A stretch of DNA of 64,000 nt from Candidatus Binatia bacterium (GTDB taxonomy: Bacteria; Desulfobacterota; Binatia; HRBIN30), in contig JBBRSP010000015.1 of NCBI GenBank assembly GCA_038245295.1, positions 55,603 to 119,602 on the forward strand, written 5' to 3'. The position numbers and the translations under genes were made by a program. The notes beneath the pieces are model-generated. The model saw only the letters and a program-made list of their open reading frames with translations, ran no database searches and was not told the origin of the DNA. Shown piece by piece: positions 28,568-39,459 of the stretch; position 1 is the first letter of the stretch; each line of letters opens with the position of its first letter.

Positions 28568-30024
28568 CGTTTCGCTCGCTTGAGGGCCTCGAGCCGCAAC
28601 CGCTCCGGGCGCTGGCGGTAGAACGAATCGAGAGGATAACAGCCGGACACCATCCCGTTGCGCGGCGCCGTCGTGCAATCGCTGAACGTGCGACACAAAC
28701 GCCGACGATCCAGCTCACCGTCGCCAAACACCGCCCGTGGCAGGTCGGGATACGACAGCGCCAGCCGCCCCAGCCCGACGGCGTCGAACCAGCCGTCGCG
28801 CAGGCACGCTTGCGCCACGTGTGGGATGAATTCTTGCAAGTAGGTCCACCCCGAAGAAACGACCACCATTTCAGGAACCGCAGCTTTGATCGCGCGTGCG
28901 GCAGCCAGCAGACGCGCCACGCCAACCAACGGATCCTCCGGCGGCGCGTACCCGTCGCTCGGCGGGAACAACGCTGGTCGCTGCACGTGCGGCACGTAGT
29001 ACGGACTGCCGCCGGTGACATTCAGCCAACGCACGCCGAGTTGGTGGAGCAGGCGCACCACGGCGATTGGTTCACTCAGATCGATACGTTGCGGCTGTCG
29101 CGGGTCGAGCCCGAAGGCCCACCAATAGGGCGTCGCAGCATGCATCGGCACGCCCACGCCGCCGCCGCTGGCAACGTCGCGTGCCTGATGCGGCACACAG
29201 TCGAACGCCGACAGACGCACCGCCACATCAAGACGCGGCGCGGCGGCGCGTACCGCCGCTACAACCTCGCACAACAAACGTGTCCGCGACTCGAGTGTCT
29301 CGCCACCGTAGCGGCCACCGCGGGTGCGAGCCGCCAGGAACTCATGCAGCAGGTAGCCGTGACAATGCTTGACGTCGACGAACTCGAAGCCCTCCTCCTG
29401 CGCCAGATAGGCGGCGCGGGCGAACTGGCCGATCAGGGTCTCGACCTCGGCGTCGCTCAAGACGGCCGTGTCCGTATCGATCCCAACACGCTGGTCAAGC
29501 AGCGGATGGCGAAAGGCGACACGCGGCTGCGGGCCGGCGCTGGTGGGTCGCGACCAGCGCCCACTATGGGTCAGCTGTAGGCCAAGCAATGGCGGCGCCG
29601 CCGGGTCGGCATTGGCGAGCAAGTCGCGTCGCAGTTGGCCGATCGCCCCAGCCGTCGCCTCGGACAGAAGGAGCTGTGATGGATTGGCGCGTCCGGCCGC
29701 ACACACGGCCACCGCTTCCCCACCCCACATCCACGCCGCACCCGACGCACCAAATCGCCGCCAGCGGCGCGACGTGAGCTCGCTCGGCAGCCCGTCTGCC
29801 GTTCCATCCCACCCTTCCATCGGTTGGATGACGAAGCGGTTCCCGACAGTCCGCGGCCCTCGGTTTGTCATGAGAGGCAATGTTTGCGCGAGCGGCGAAA
29901 CCGCGACCGGCAACACCGCGTCGTCGGCGGGAAGCAAGATACCGAGCACGTCGAGACGGGCTCGCAAAGAGTGAGCGTCCGCCAATGACGCAAGACGTGG
30001 ATAGTGCTCTTGAGGTTCCATCAT
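28564..30024 (-). CDS. NADH:flavin oxidoreductase (OYE-like TIM barrel)
   Basis: '[10 protein letters not shown]', 'LQLTHSGR', '[14 protein letters not shown]', 'YGG..LESRTR', '[10 protein letters not shown]'. Confidence 0.88.
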   Translation of the reverse strand: MMEPQEHYPRLASLADAHSLRARLDVLGILLPADDAVLPVAVSPLAQTLPLMTNRGPRTVGNRFVIQPMEGWDGTADGLPSELTSRRWRRFGASGAAWMWGGEAVAVCAAGRANPSQLLLSEATAGAIGQLRRDLLANADPAAPPLLGLQLTHSGRWSRPTSAGPQPRVAFRHPLLDQRVGIDTDTAVLSDAEVETLIGQFARAAYLAQEEGFEFVDVKHCHGYLLHEFLAARTRGGRYGGETLESRTRLLCEVVAAVRAAAPRLDVAVRLSAFDCVPHQARDVASGGGVGVPMHAATPYWWAFGLDPRQPQRIDLSEPIAVVRLLHQLGVRWLNVTGGSPYYVPHVQRPALFPPSDGYAPPEDPLVGVARLLAAARAIKAAVPEMVVVSSGWTYLQEFIPHVAQACLRDGWFDAVGLGRLALSYPDLPRAVFGDGELDRRRLCRTFSDCTTAPRNGMVSGCYPLDSFYRQRPERLRLEALKRAKR

Positions 30025-33000
30025 GGAAGACGCCTAGTCGACGGGGCGCTCGGTCCGCCAAACAGGGCACGCAGCGCGGCATCGAATTCCTCGTCGAGCC
30101 AGCGTATCAACGGCTGCGCATTCTCTGGGTGGCCATTGCGCGCCGCGGCCTCGATCTCACCGCACAGCGCTTGCACCCGCCGCGCCCCGATCGTACCGCT
30201 CAATCCCTTCAGCGTGTGCGCCGCAAGCTCCAGTTGACGCCGATTGCCCTCGGTGACAGCTTGGCGCATGGTCGCGATCGTCTCGGGTGTGCGGCTCGAG
30301 AAGGAATCGAACAGCGTGCGGATGATGCCGTCCGCCTCGTCGCCAAGGAACGTACGCGTTTCGTCGAGGGCAGTCGGATCAAGCACGGGCTGATCGTCGA
30401 CGTTCGTCAAGGCAGGATACGGTGGTGGCGCCGCCGCGACATCCGCAACGGCGGTCTCGGGCTGAAGGATGCGGGCCGCGGCACTGGCGAGAGCCGCCTG
30501 GAAGTCACGAATGCGCAGGGGCTTGCTGACATACTCGCTCATGCCGGCGGCGAGACAGCGTTCGCGGTCGCCCTGCAGAACCGCCGCTGTCATGGCAACA
30601 ATCTGCGGCCTCGAACCGGGATTGAACGCGCGGATGCGGCGCGATGCTTCCAGGCCGTCCATCTCGGGCATCTCGACGTCCATGAGCACGACGTCGTACG
30701 TTTGGCGGCGAATCGCTTCGACTGCTTCCAGGCCATTGGCCACCACATCGGCGCGATAGCCCATGTGCTTCAGGAAAGCGATGACCAGCTGTTGGTTGAT
30801 GACGTGATCGTCGGCAACCAGGATGCGCAACGGCCAGCGTTGCGCCATGGTGCCGTCGAACTCGTACTCGGCCGAGTTGTCGGTGCGTCCGATCGCCTTG
30901 CTCGAAACCTGGGCCAGGATGGTGAAGAGGAAGCTCGTTCCTTCACCGGCCACACCCGAGCTTTCCACGGTGATCATGCCACCCAGCAATTCGACCAACC
31001 GTTTGCTGATCGCCAGACCGAGGCCGCTGCCGCCGAAACGCCGCGTCGTCGATGCATCGACCTGACTGAAGGATCGAAAGAGGCGGTCTCGACGATCCGG
31101 CGCGATCCCAATACCAGTATCCTTGACCACGAAACGGATCTCGTAAAAGGTCGAGGCGGCCGCATCGGCTGAGCCAACCGGATGGGCTGTCACTCGTACG
31201 CTTACTCCACCGTGGTCGGTAAACTTCACGGCGTTGCCGAGCAGGTTGACGATGATCTGCCGCAAACGTGTTACGTCGCCGCGCAGCGTCGGTGGAACGG
31301 CTTCGTCGACGCTACTCTCGAGCCGCAACCCCTTCTCAGTGGCCCGGCCTTTGACGAGATCGAGCGCCGAGTCGACGCACTCGCGCAGATCGAACGGTTG
31401 GATCTCCAGTTCCAAACGACCGGATTCGATCTTGGAGAAGTCGAGAATGTCGTTGATGACGGCGAGCAACGAATCGCCGCTATCGCGAATTGTCTCGGCA
31501 TGCTCGCGCTGCTCGGTGGTGAGAGAGCCCGTATTGAGCAGCAGGCTCGCCATGCCGATGACCGCATTCATCGGAGTGCGAATCTCGTGGCTCATGGTCG
31601 CTAGAAACGCACTCTTCGCCGCGTTGGCACGCTCCGCCTCTTCCTCGCGACGCGCCGCCGTCTGCTTCTCCTCGAAGAGTTGCGCCACGTACAGAGCCGT
31701 GCCGGCCTGGTCGGCCAGACTCAACAGATTGGCGGCATCGTCGCGCGTATAACCGCGGCCCGAGCGCCGTGGTCCGACGGCCAGCACACCGATGAGTGAG
31801 GTCCGCAAGCCGCTACGATCCCGCTGCGGGGCCTGCAAGGGGATCAGCAGCGGGAACTTTGGATCATCGTTGCGCCACACCACCTGGCCCGTCGATAGGG
31901 CACGCAGTTGGCGTCGCCAGCGGCGATCGTCGGTGGGCAGTCGACTCGCCGTCTTGTCGGCGTCTGGCAGGTTGATTTCTTGCGCCATGTAGAATGGGTC
32001 TGTGCTGCCGGACGAGGCGGTCGGATCGCGCAAGAACACCGCCCCATGGGTAATGTCGAGAAGGTCGGAGGTGCGATTCACCAAGGCCGCCAGGAGCTGC
32101 GGCAGGTCGATGATGGTGCGAATTTCGCGCGTGAACTCGGCGAAGGCTTGGCGGAAGTTGACGGCGCGCCGGTAGAATCGTTGATCGATGATCGCCTGCA
32201 GACGCAGACGCAGTGGCTGAAACAACATCGCCATCATCAGGGTCGAGGCGACAATGGACAGCTCGGAGCCGCGCCCGGTGAGGACCTGAAGGATCTGCTG
32301 CAGCAACGCGACACTCGCCAGATAGACAACTACCAACGCCGCGGTGAGTGCCCCGTACACAAGCGATTGGTGGATGACGGCATCAACGTCCCACAAGCGA
32401 TAGCGGAACAAGGCAAACACCAGAGTCAACGGCACCGCGCCGACGGAGAGGTAGAACGCCGGCAAACCGATCAAGGCAAACAACACACGCGGGACGCCGG
32501 GAACACGCACGGACGGGATGAGGATGGCCGGCAACTGAAACAGGACAATGCCGACCATCAGGATGCCGACACCGAAGACGTACCACTTTATCTGCTGACG
32601 TTGCGCCATGTCGGTCATGCGGCGGTAACGTTGCATCTGGGCGATGCCGCCGGTGACGAAACCGCCGATGGCCAGCATCAAGATGAACAACGACATCCAC
32701 GGGCCGGGATCGGCGGCGGCAATGCCCGGTCGCCCGTCCGGACGTGCAAACTGGGGCAAGAAGAAGTATCGCCCGATCGTGCACACCGTCCAGAACAACA
32801 GCATGGGGCGTGTATACGGTGGAACGAAACGTCCATCGGGCATGAGGATCAAAGCACTGATCGAGGTGATGGCGGCAAAGCAGGTCACCGCGATGCCAAA
32901 GGCATTCCATTCCGGAGACAGTCCGGCAAATGAATCCTCCGGTCGCACCAGCGAGATGCCCTGGACAAAAAGTGCGGCCGACAAAAGAAGCGACAACCAA

Positions 33001-33317
33001 CTGTTCGAGCGCCGCAGGAAGATCAACGCGCCGGCGCTGCAAAAGACGCCGCAGATGAGAATGTCGAGGCCTCTCAGGTATTGCACCAGCAGGTCGCTTG
33101 AGATTCCGAGCTGCCGCAGCGCTTCGGCATTGTCGCTCGCCAATCCGCGCAATTGATCCAAGCGCGCCGGCGCAAGACCGACATACATGACGATCCCGGC
33201 ACAAATCGCCAGCAGCCACAGTGCCCGCGCCGACATCAGGGTAGCGCCGGTGAGAACCGTGTTCAGGGTATTGGGCGATTCAGCGCCGCTCGCAGCGACG
33301 TTGCGCTCATTGGGCAT
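30021..33317 (-). CDS. Hybrid histidine kinase (multi-TM, GAF-like, HisKA, HATPase, REC, HPt)
   Basis: 'MSHEIRTPM', 'NAVKFT', 'GGSGLGL', REC 'ADD...DVEMPEMDG...KP', HPt 'AHTLKG'. Confidence 0.95.
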   Translation of the reverse strand: MPNERNVAASGAESPNTLNTVLTGATLMSARALWLLAICAGIVMYVGLAPARLDQLRGLASDNAEALRQLGISSDLLVQYLRGLDILICGVFCSAGALIFLRRSNSWLSLLLSAALFVQGISLVRPEDSFAGLSPEWNAFGIAVTCFAAITSISALILMPDGRFVPPYTRPMLLFWTVCTIGRYFFLPQFARPDGRPGIAAADPGPWMSLFILMLAIGGFVTGGIAQMQRYRRMTDMAQRQQIKWYVFGVGILMVGIVLFQLPAILIPSVRVPGVPRVLFALIGLPAFYLSVGAVPLTLVFALFRYRLWDVDAVIHQSLVYGALTAALVVVYLASVALLQQILQVLTGRGSELSIVASTLMMAMLFQPLRLRLQAIIDQRFYRRAVNFRQAFAEFTREIRTIIDLPQLLAALVNRTSDLLDITHGAVFLRDPTASSGSTDPFYMAQEINLPDADKTASRLPTDDRRWRRQLRALSTGQVVWRNDDPKFPLLIPLQAPQRDRSGLRTSLIGVLAVGPRRSGRGYTRDDAANLLSLADQAGTALYVAQLFEEKQTAARREEEAERANAAKSAFLATMSHEIRTPMNAVIGMASLLLNTGSLTTEQREHAETIRDSGDSLLAVINDILDFSKIESGRLELEIQPFDLRECVDSALDLVKGRATEKGLRLESSVDEAVPPTLRGDVTRLRQIIVNLLGNAVKFTDHGGVSVRVTAHPVGSADAAASTFYEIRFVVKDTGIGIAPDRRDRLFRSFSQVDASTTRRFGGSGLGLAISKRLVELLGGMITVESSGVAGEGTSFLFTILAQVSSKAIGRTDNSAEYEFDGTMAQRWPLRILVADDHVINQQLVIAFLKHMGYRADVVANGLEAVEAIRRQTYDVVLMDVEMPEMDGLEASRRIRAFNPGSRPQIVAMTAAVLQGDRERCLAAGMSEYVSKPLRIRDFQAALASAAARILQPETAVADVAAAPPPYPALTNVDDQPVLDPTALDETRTFLGDEADGIIRTLFDSFSSRTPETIATMRQAVTEGNRRQLELAAHTLKGLSGTIGARRVQALCGEIEAAARNGHPENAQPLIRWLDEEFDAALRALFGGPSAPSTRRLP

Positions 33318-33402
33318 AGGCTGTGGTTGTCACTCGCGGCGCAATTTATCATCTCGCCCCCCGTCCCGACTACGTCAAATGCCGGTCGTTGCGGAAGGCC
33401 GG

Positions 33403-34530
33403 TCAGGCAGCCGTGAACCGCGCCACGAGGGCATTGACCTGCCTCTCGATACGCATCGACACCAACGCCAAGGCCGTGATGACGACGGCCGCAATCAGGA
33501 AGAAAACCGGCAAAGGCAGTGCACCCAGCCGAATCCCGAGCCAGATCATATACGGCTGGTGCAGCAGATAGAGGCCGTACGAGTACATGCCGACAGTTCC
33601 CAGAACGACCTGCAGTCGCGGCACGCGGTCGATCTGGATGGCGAGGAAGATCATCACGAGCGATAGGCCGACGCCGACCAGCGCATCGGTGACGATGTAG
33701 GTGGCCGACGAACCGTAGCTGTAGATGGCTCCGACATAGAGTACCGCGCCCAGCCCCAATGCCAGCGGCGACGCGAGCCAGCGCTGCATCCGTTCACAAT
33801 CCCGGGCATAGGCGCTACCGAGGACCATACCAGCGCTAAACTCGAAGAGGCGACAGGTGAACAACGCCCCACCCAGCAGGGCGTCACTGGCTTGCGAACC
33901 CAACGGAAAAAGAAAGAGATAGCGGCTGAAGAACGTGACCACGGCGGCAGCGAGCATTAACCAGCCCGGCCCCCAACGCTGCAGGAGGACAAAGAGTACC
34001 GGGAACACGAGATACAGCTGCACCAGCAAACCGAAGTACCACCACGCCGGATTGGCGTAATATGCCATCTCGGGAAGCGGGTAGACCCGATCACCAAGGA
34101 AGCTGAGGACGAATCGGTAATCGATTGGATCGTAACCAGGCGACACGAGGTAGAAGAGGTGGGCTACCCAATAGAGGGGGAAGAGGCGCAACAGCCGGCT
34201 GCGATACCAGGCGAGCCAATCGACGCTACCGCCTTTGCGAGTCTGGCCGAAGCTCAGTGCGAAGCCACTCAGCAGGAGGAAGACGCCGACGGCGTGATAG
34301 CCGAGAAAGGAAAATCCGACGAACGCGGCGCGCACCAGGCAGGCCGTTGTCGCACCACCGGCCACCGCTGCACCGCACGAGTGCGCCCAGAAGCTGCCGC
34401 TCAACGGTCCCGGAAAGTTTGAACCAGCGTATTCCTTGAATCCGTGGAAGTAGGCGATCCACAGGATGGCCAGGCCTTTGACCGTGTCGGGCCAGTTCAG
34501 CCGTGTTTTTGTGGCACTGGTCGCAGGCAT
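33403..34530 (-). CDS. Acyltransferase-3 (OafA/YrhL family) membrane protein
   Basis: 'DTVKGLAILWIAYFH', 'VFLLLSGF', 'RLLRLFPLY', 'QLYLVFP', 'SYGLYLLHQP'. Confidence 0.9.
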   Translation of the reverse strand: MPATSATKTRLNWPDTVKGLAILWIAYFHGFKEYAGSNFPGPLSGSFWAHSCGAAVAGGATTACLVRAAFVGFSFLGYHAVGVFLLLSGFALSFGQTRKGGSVDWLAWYRSRLLRLFPLYWVAHLFYLVSPGYDPIDYRFVLSFLGDRVYPLPEMAYYANPAWWYFGLLVQLYLVFPVLFVLLQRWGPGWLMLAAAVVTFFSRYLFLFPLGSQASDALLGGALFTCRLFEFSAGMVLGSAYARDCERMQRWLASPLALGLGAVLYVGAIYSYGSSATYIVTDALVGVGLSLVMIFLAIQIDRVPRLQVVLGTVGMYSYGLYLLHQPYMIWLGIRLGALPLPVFFLIAAVVITALALVSMRIERQVNALVARFTAA

Positions 34531-34871
34531 GAGTGCGGTCGATCATCGAGGGTCATCGGCATTGGGCGATGTGTATGCGGCAAACGCCACCGGGGGTCAA
34601 ACGGCCGGTCGGTGCACGTGCTCGGACGTGCTGCATCCCGACGGCACCGCGACATGAAGTCGTTGCCACGTGAACAGTCGGATCGTGACGCAATGGTCGT
34701 TGGCTCTCAGCATTGGCTGGCTGACGCGTCGGACGAGAATCCTTGCCGTACCCCATGTGACACGTATCGTTCGTCCATGAGCCTCTTCCACGTCATTCGG
34801 TTGCGCTGGGTCCCGGCTTTCGAGTGTGTCGATTTACTCGTGAACCAAATTTGAAACCGAGCAGACCTTTC

Positions 34872-34952
34872 CGTCATACCGGCGAAAGCCGGTATCTCGC
34901 CGGCTTTCGAGGCTTCCACCAGGGGGAGATCCCGGTGTTCACCGGGATGACG
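34872..34952. repeat. Inverted doublet of CGTC-type REP palindromes (REPIN/BIME-like)
   Basis: CGTC-ATACCGGC-GAAA-GCCGGTAT-CTC (34872-34898) and, inverted, CGTC-ATCCCGGT-GAAC-ACCGGGAT-CTC (34926-34952). Confidence 0.8.
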
Positions 34953-35106
34953 TTGCTCCACTTTAGTTTTACGACACTCTCTTTCACCGGGACAGCGGCT
35001 GCATCCTCATCCCTGATCGTGTCGCGTCGTCGACAAGTCGCCCACGTCGCGATGACCTCGCAACAGGCAGAGGCTAATCCAAGAGGAAAAATGGGAAGAG
35101 ATGAGA

Positions 35107-35180
35107 TGGCGACGCGTGGAATCGAACCACGGACCTAAGGATTATGAGACCTTCGCTCTAACCAACTGAGCTACGTCGCC
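35107..35180 (-). tRNA. tRNA-Met(CAT), elongator type; CCA not encoded
   Basis: GGCGACG acceptor stem with G1-C72, D-arm TAGCTCAGTTGGTTAGAGC, anticodon loop CTCATAA, T-loop GTTCGATTC, discriminator A; tRNA-Ile2 not fully excluded. Confidence 0.92.
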
Positions 35181-35313
35181 ACGGACCGAGCTGGGCCCCA
35201 CAAGTAGCAAGTGACGGAGCGGCTGCAAGTGTTTTGCAGCCGACTCCGTCACTTCTGTTTTCGAGCAGCGCCGAGCTCTGCCCTGGTGCTTCTGGTGGCG
35301 TGTTGCGTCGATC

Positions 35314-36603
35314 TTACGAGCAGCTGCCGAGAGCTTTATTGACGGCGCTGACGATCTCGTTGACGGTGATCTCACCGTTGCCGTCGACATCGCCGGCCGC
35401 GCACGTCGAGGCCGGGGCCGAGCCGAGAGCGATGTTCACCATCGCGATGATCTCGTTGACGGTGACTTCGTTGCTGCCGTCGCAATCGCCGGCGCAGCTT
35501 GGCGGTATCACCGGGTTATCCTTCGCCACCAGGTTGACCGTCACGCCCAGCGAGCTGATGCCCATGACGTTGATGCCGGCCAGCGCAAACGCCGACACGA
35601 GAGCCGAGCCGCCCGGATTGCCGAGCTCCACCTGACTGCAGGTGAACGGTGCACCGGTGACGGTTGTCGGTCCGATCTCGCCGCCGTCGGGCAAGTTGGT
35701 GATCGTCGCGGTCGCCATGCCGGTAACCGCCGGCAACGTCGCCGCGGCGCCGAAGTCTGAAGCGTCGTCAGCGGTGCAGAATTTGCCGTCCGGTCCATAC
35801 GCGGCGCCGGTCCCGGTGCAGCCACCGACGGCCACGTTGACGCCGATCGTCGTCAGAATAGAGGCCGAGCCGGCAGGCCCGCTGCCGTTGATCGTCACAA
35901 CCGGAGGCAACGCGGTGCCGCTATCGCCGCCCGCATCCAGCGTGTAGGTCAGATTGTTGCCGTCGATGCCGGTGCAACCGATGTTGCCCGACGCCGTGTT
36001 GCCCGGTCCGTGCACGAAGGTACACGGTTTCTTGCCCGCACAGAGCGCCTCGTTCGCCGTGCAGTCGGTCGACAACGTCGTGCCGTCCGCCTCGAAGAAC
36101 GTGCCGCCACAGGTCTTTGCCGTCGCGCCGTGCACACATCCGCACGCCAAGCTCAACACCGGCACGGCCGGGAAGTCGATGCCCGAGGCTTTGACAACCA
36201 CCGGGATCTTGCCGTCGCGCTGCTTGCCGATTGTCATGACCAGCTTGCCGCTGAGCGGCAGCGGCAGTTGCAGGAAGCCGGCGTCGGCGACCACGCCGCT
36301 CGTCCCGGGGCGGATCGACAATCCCTCAGAAACGCCGGGGACCAGCTGGATGTTTACATCGCGCTCCGTCGTGCAGTTCGCTGCGCAGCCGTCGCCGCCG
36401 GCAGTTTTGCATTCACCACCGGGGCACGCCGCACTCGAAGTACACGCGGTGCCAGCATTGGAGCTACCGATACAGTAGCCGCCATTGTCGCATTCCTCAG
36501 GCGCCTCGGTGACTCCGTCGCCACACGTCACAGCCCGCGCCACTTGCACCGAGACGAGAGCCGAACAAAGGCTCACCGCCACGGCAATTGCCATCTTACG
36601 CAT
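35314..36603 (-). CDS. Secreted Cys-rich protein with Myxococcus-type Cys repeat and C-terminal dockerin-like module
   Basis: Signal peptide; 'CGDGVTEAPEECDNG...GDGCAANC'; C-terminal 'CAGDCDGSNEVTVNE...GDVDGNGEITVNE...ALGSC'; AAGGAGG RBS. Confidence 0.85.
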   Translation of the reverse strand: MRKMAIAVAVSLCSALVSVQVARAVTCGDGVTEAPEECDNGGYCIGSSNAGTACTSSAACPGGECKTAGGDGCAANCTTERDVNIQLVPGVSEGLSIRPGTSGVVADAGFLQLPLPLSGKLVMTIGKQRDGKIPVVVKASGIDFPAVPVLSLACGCVHGATAKTCGGTFFEADGTTLSTDCTANEALCAGKKPCTFVHGPGNTASGNIGCTGIDGNNLTYTLDAGGDSGTALPPVVTINGSGPAGSASILTTIGVNVAVGGCTGTGAAYGPDGKFCTADDASDFGAAATLPAVTGMATATITNLPDGGEIGPTTVTGAPFTCSQVELGNPGGSALVSAFALAGINVMGISSLGVTVNLVAKDNPVIPPSCAGDCDGSNEVTVNEIIAMVNIALGSAPASTCAAGDVDGNGEITVNEIVSAVNKALGSCS

Positions 36604-36812
36604 TCCACTGCCTCCTTAATTGAACTGAGGTCCGAATCGGGTTGGGCTATTCGATGCGTCCCGGAATGTCAATCTGTAAGACGTCGCCGGTCGATGAGGC
36701 GTCCCAAGGCGTAAAATACCGCACTTAACCACATCCTAAGTTTCGCGAGTTCCGCGTCAATTACCATCCTTGGCGGGTTTGCGCCTCCCACCACCAGGGC
36801 GCGCTGAAACCA

Positions 36813-37694
36813 TCAGGGCCAGCTCATCTGAACAGCACGATAGAGCCCCTCGCTGCGCAATGAGTACTCGGACACCGGGTGTAAGAAGTCGTCGGCCCCA
36901 CTCGCCTTCGCATCGCGCTGCGCCAGAAACATCAGGAGCGACGCTTCGCCGTCAAACCCGAAGACACACAGCATCTCGTGTTTACCGTCGTGCAAACGAC
37001 CGGCGTAGGTGTCGATGCTGCTCAAGCCGACGACCCGACGCGCCTGCCCTTTCTCGAACCAGTCGTAGAACGCCTCGAGCCGGTCGTCGGGAACCGTGAA
37101 CGCCTGCGCGAAATATGCCGCGGCCGACGGCGCGCCCGGAATCGACGTGCCGATAGCGTGATTCATCTGAGCGTGCTCGGCATGGTCACCACCGGCCTTC
37201 AGGCTGCCGATGTAGGCAACCAGGTTGGTCAGCTCCTGGAGCGACATGCCGTCATACGAAGGCATGATCGATGTTCCGGTTGGCGAGACGTAGCCCGGCC
37301 CCTCGACGACGACGGCATTTGGATTGAGGATCGATTCGGCAAAGTACTCGGGCGGGTGATGAGCCCCCATGCCTGTCAGCTCCGGACCCACGTCGCCCTC
37401 CTGACGATCCTCGGGAAACGGCTCGCCGGCGACCTTGTGGCACGTGTAACACTCGTTCTCGAAAAACGCGGCGCGGCCGGCATCGATGTCGCCGCGCGGC
37501 ACACGGAAACGCCACCCCGGCGGTACGCCGCCATTGATGTGGAGATCGGCCATCGAAATGCGCACCGGATCCGGATCACACGGGGGTGGTTGGGTCTGAT
37601 TGCGCTCACAGCCCGCCATCAGGACGAGCAAGACCACGGCCACACCAAGCCTTGCGCACCTGGAGTCATTCACCACACTGATTGAAGCAGTCAT
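36813..37694 (-). CDS. Monoheme c-type cytochrome lipoprotein with extra C-terminal domain
   Basis: Lipobox-like 'LMAGC', CYTCH heme motif, 'GPEL', 'ESILNP', 'SIMPSY' (candidate Met ligand), His-rich linker. Confidence 0.8.
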   Translation of the reverse strand: MTASISVVNDSRCARLGVAVVLLVLMAGCERNQTQPPPCDPDPVRISMADLHINGGVPPGWRFRVPRGDIDAGRAAFFENECYTCHKVAGEPFPEDRQEGDVGPELTGMGAHHPPEYFAESILNPNAVVVEGPGYVSPTGTSIMPSYDGMSLQELTNLVAYIGSLKAGGDHAEHAQMNHAIGTSIPGAPSAAAYFAQAFTVPDDRLEAFYDWFEKGQARRVVGLSSIDTYAGRLHDGKHEMLCVFGFDGEASLLMFLAQRDAKASGADDFLHPVSEYSLRSEGLYRAVQMSWP

Positions 37695-37777
37695 TTTCCT
37701 TATTGACCTCGGCGTCCCATCGGGCGCACACTGCCGCGCAGCCGGCAGACACGCAACCCATGCGAGAGGAGGGTGTA

Positions 37778-38221
37778 ATGAAACGACTAGGCGACATCAT
37801 GCGAGAAGGATTTCTCTTCGCCGTGTTCAAGCATGCCAGCGTTGCCGAGGCAGCTCGGACGATGACGGAAGCCAACGTCGGCATCGTCGTCGTTCTCGAC
37901 AACACCCGCCTGATCGGTGTGTTCTCGGAGCGCGACGCGGTACGCCGCGTCATCGACAAGGGCCTCGACCCCAACACAACCGCGGTCGGCGACGTGATGA
38001 CGCGAAACCTGATCATCGCCGACGAAGACGAGGACTATCGAACCGCGATGCGCCGCATGGACGGCGCCAACATCCGCCACTTGCCGATCGTACGCGGCGA
38101 CCAGGTCGTATCAATGCTGTCGATCCGCGACCTGATGCGCGTCGACATGCAACGCATGGATGAGGAGTTGCGCTTCCTCACCGAGTACATCTACACAGTG
38201 CCCGGCGGCGTCGCCACCTAA
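37778..38221 (+). CDS. CBS-domain pair protein
   Basis: 'LIGVFSERD', 'VGDVMT', 'IRHLPIV', 'LSIRDL'; GAGGAGG RBS before ATG 37778. Confidence 0.92.
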   Translation: MKRLGDIMREGFLFAVFKHASVAEAARTMTEANVGIVVVLDNTRLIGVFSERDAVRRVIDKGLDPNTTAVGDVMTRNLIIADEDEDYRTAMRRMDGANIRHLPIVRGDQVVSMLSIRDLMRVDMQRMDEELRFLTEYIYTVPGGVAT

Positions 38222-38343
38222 GGCCCTACGGGTTTCCATCGACCCCTGAGTATTGATCCATCAGGCCCTCATCGGCACGAGGGTGCTAACTTCGACGCGC
38301 AACGTGCTACAAGTCAAGTGTTCCTTGAAGGAGGAAGACACGC

Positions 38344-39450
38344 TTGGCTCAAGATGACTTCCAAGATCGCATCATCGAGTTTCGCCGTCGCGCCGATCTG
38401 CAATCGTGGCTAGCGCGGTTGCTGCAGAACCGGGGCTTTTGGAAATGGGCCCTGCCGCCACTACTCCTGCTCGGTTTGCTCAAGCTTCTGGTGCTCTTCT
38501 GCTTCACCTACGTGGGGCCTTCCGAGTTTGGCATCAAGCAAGTCCGTGTCAGTGTCTTCGGCACCCGCGGCGTCCAGAAAGAAGTCTACTACGCCGGCTA
38601 CCACTGGGTGTTTCGCCCCTTTGGCATCGAGCGTATGTTCGTTTTCCCGCGCGACGTGCAAGTGCTCGATCTCACCGGGACGCGCGAAGAAGCGGCGCGC
38701 GAAGCTAGCATCTCCAAAGCCGCGCACATCCAGACTTCCGACGGCTTCTTTGTCGATGTCGATGTGAGCATCCTCTATCGCATCGTCGACCCCTACATCG
38801 TCTTCACGCGTCTTGGCCCGGGACGCGAATTCGAGACGAATGCGATGATGCCAAAGGTCGAGCCGGTGCTGAAACAAGCCCTCGGCGAAATGACCACCGA
38901 GGAGTTCTACAACAGTCCTCTACGCGCCAAGAAAACGGAGATGGCTAAGGACTTGTTGAATCAGGACCTCGCCGACTACGGCCTGCATGTGGATCACGTC
39001 CTGGTTCGTTACTTCCGTTACACGGACGAGATTCAAAAAAATATCGAGGAAAAGAAGCTGAAGGATCAACTCGTCTTCAAGAACCAAGCCGAGGCTCACG
39101 CAGCGACCGAAGGCGCGAAGCTGACCAAGATGATGCAAGAGGGCAAGGCGCAGGTCGAAGTGAAGCTCCAAGAAGGCCTCGCCTACATCACAACGAAGGA
39201 CGCCGAGCGCGACCTCTACGTCCGGACCAAACATGCCCAAGGCGACCTCATCGTCAAGCTGGCCGAGGCCAAGAAGACCCAGCTCCGCAACGACGCCCTG
39301 CAGGGCGCCGGGTCCGACCGCATGGTCGGCCTCAAGATGGCGGAGGTCTACAAGGGACTCGAAGTCATCGTGCTGCCGAGCGACGGACCGAATGGCACCA
39401 ACCCTCTCAACTTACAGCAGACACTCAAGCTGTTCGACGTGCGGCAGTAA
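38344..39450 (+). CDS. SPFH/band-7 domain protein (subunit 1)
   Basis: TM anchor, 'IQTSDGFFVDVDVSILYRI', Ala/Glu/Lys coiled coil; TTG start with GAAGGAGG RBS. Confidence 0.85.
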   Translation: MAQDDFQDRIIEFRRRADLQSWLARLLQNRGFWKWALPPLLLLGLLKLLVLFCFTYVGPSEFGIKQVRVSVFGTRGVQKEVYYAGYHWVFRPFGIERMFVFPRDVQVLDLTGTREEAAREASISKAAHIQTSDGFFVDVDVSILYRIVDPYIVFTRLGPGREFETNAMMPKVEPVLKQALGEMTTEEFYNSPLRAKKTEMAKDLLNQDLADYGLHVDHVLVRYFRYTDEIQKNIEEKKLKDQLVFKNQAEAHAATEGAKLTKMMQEGKAQVEVKLQEGLAYITTKDAERDLYVRTKHAQGDLIVKLAEAKKTQLRNDALQGAGSDRMVGLKMAEVYKGLEVIVLPSDGPNGTNPLNLQQTLKLFDVRQ

Positions 39451-39459
39451 GGACGAGCC

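Noticed and set aside
34531..35180. tRNA-anchored genomic island or prophage
   Set aside because: No integrase or phage genes, and I noticed no duplicated tRNA 3' end (checked by eye only)
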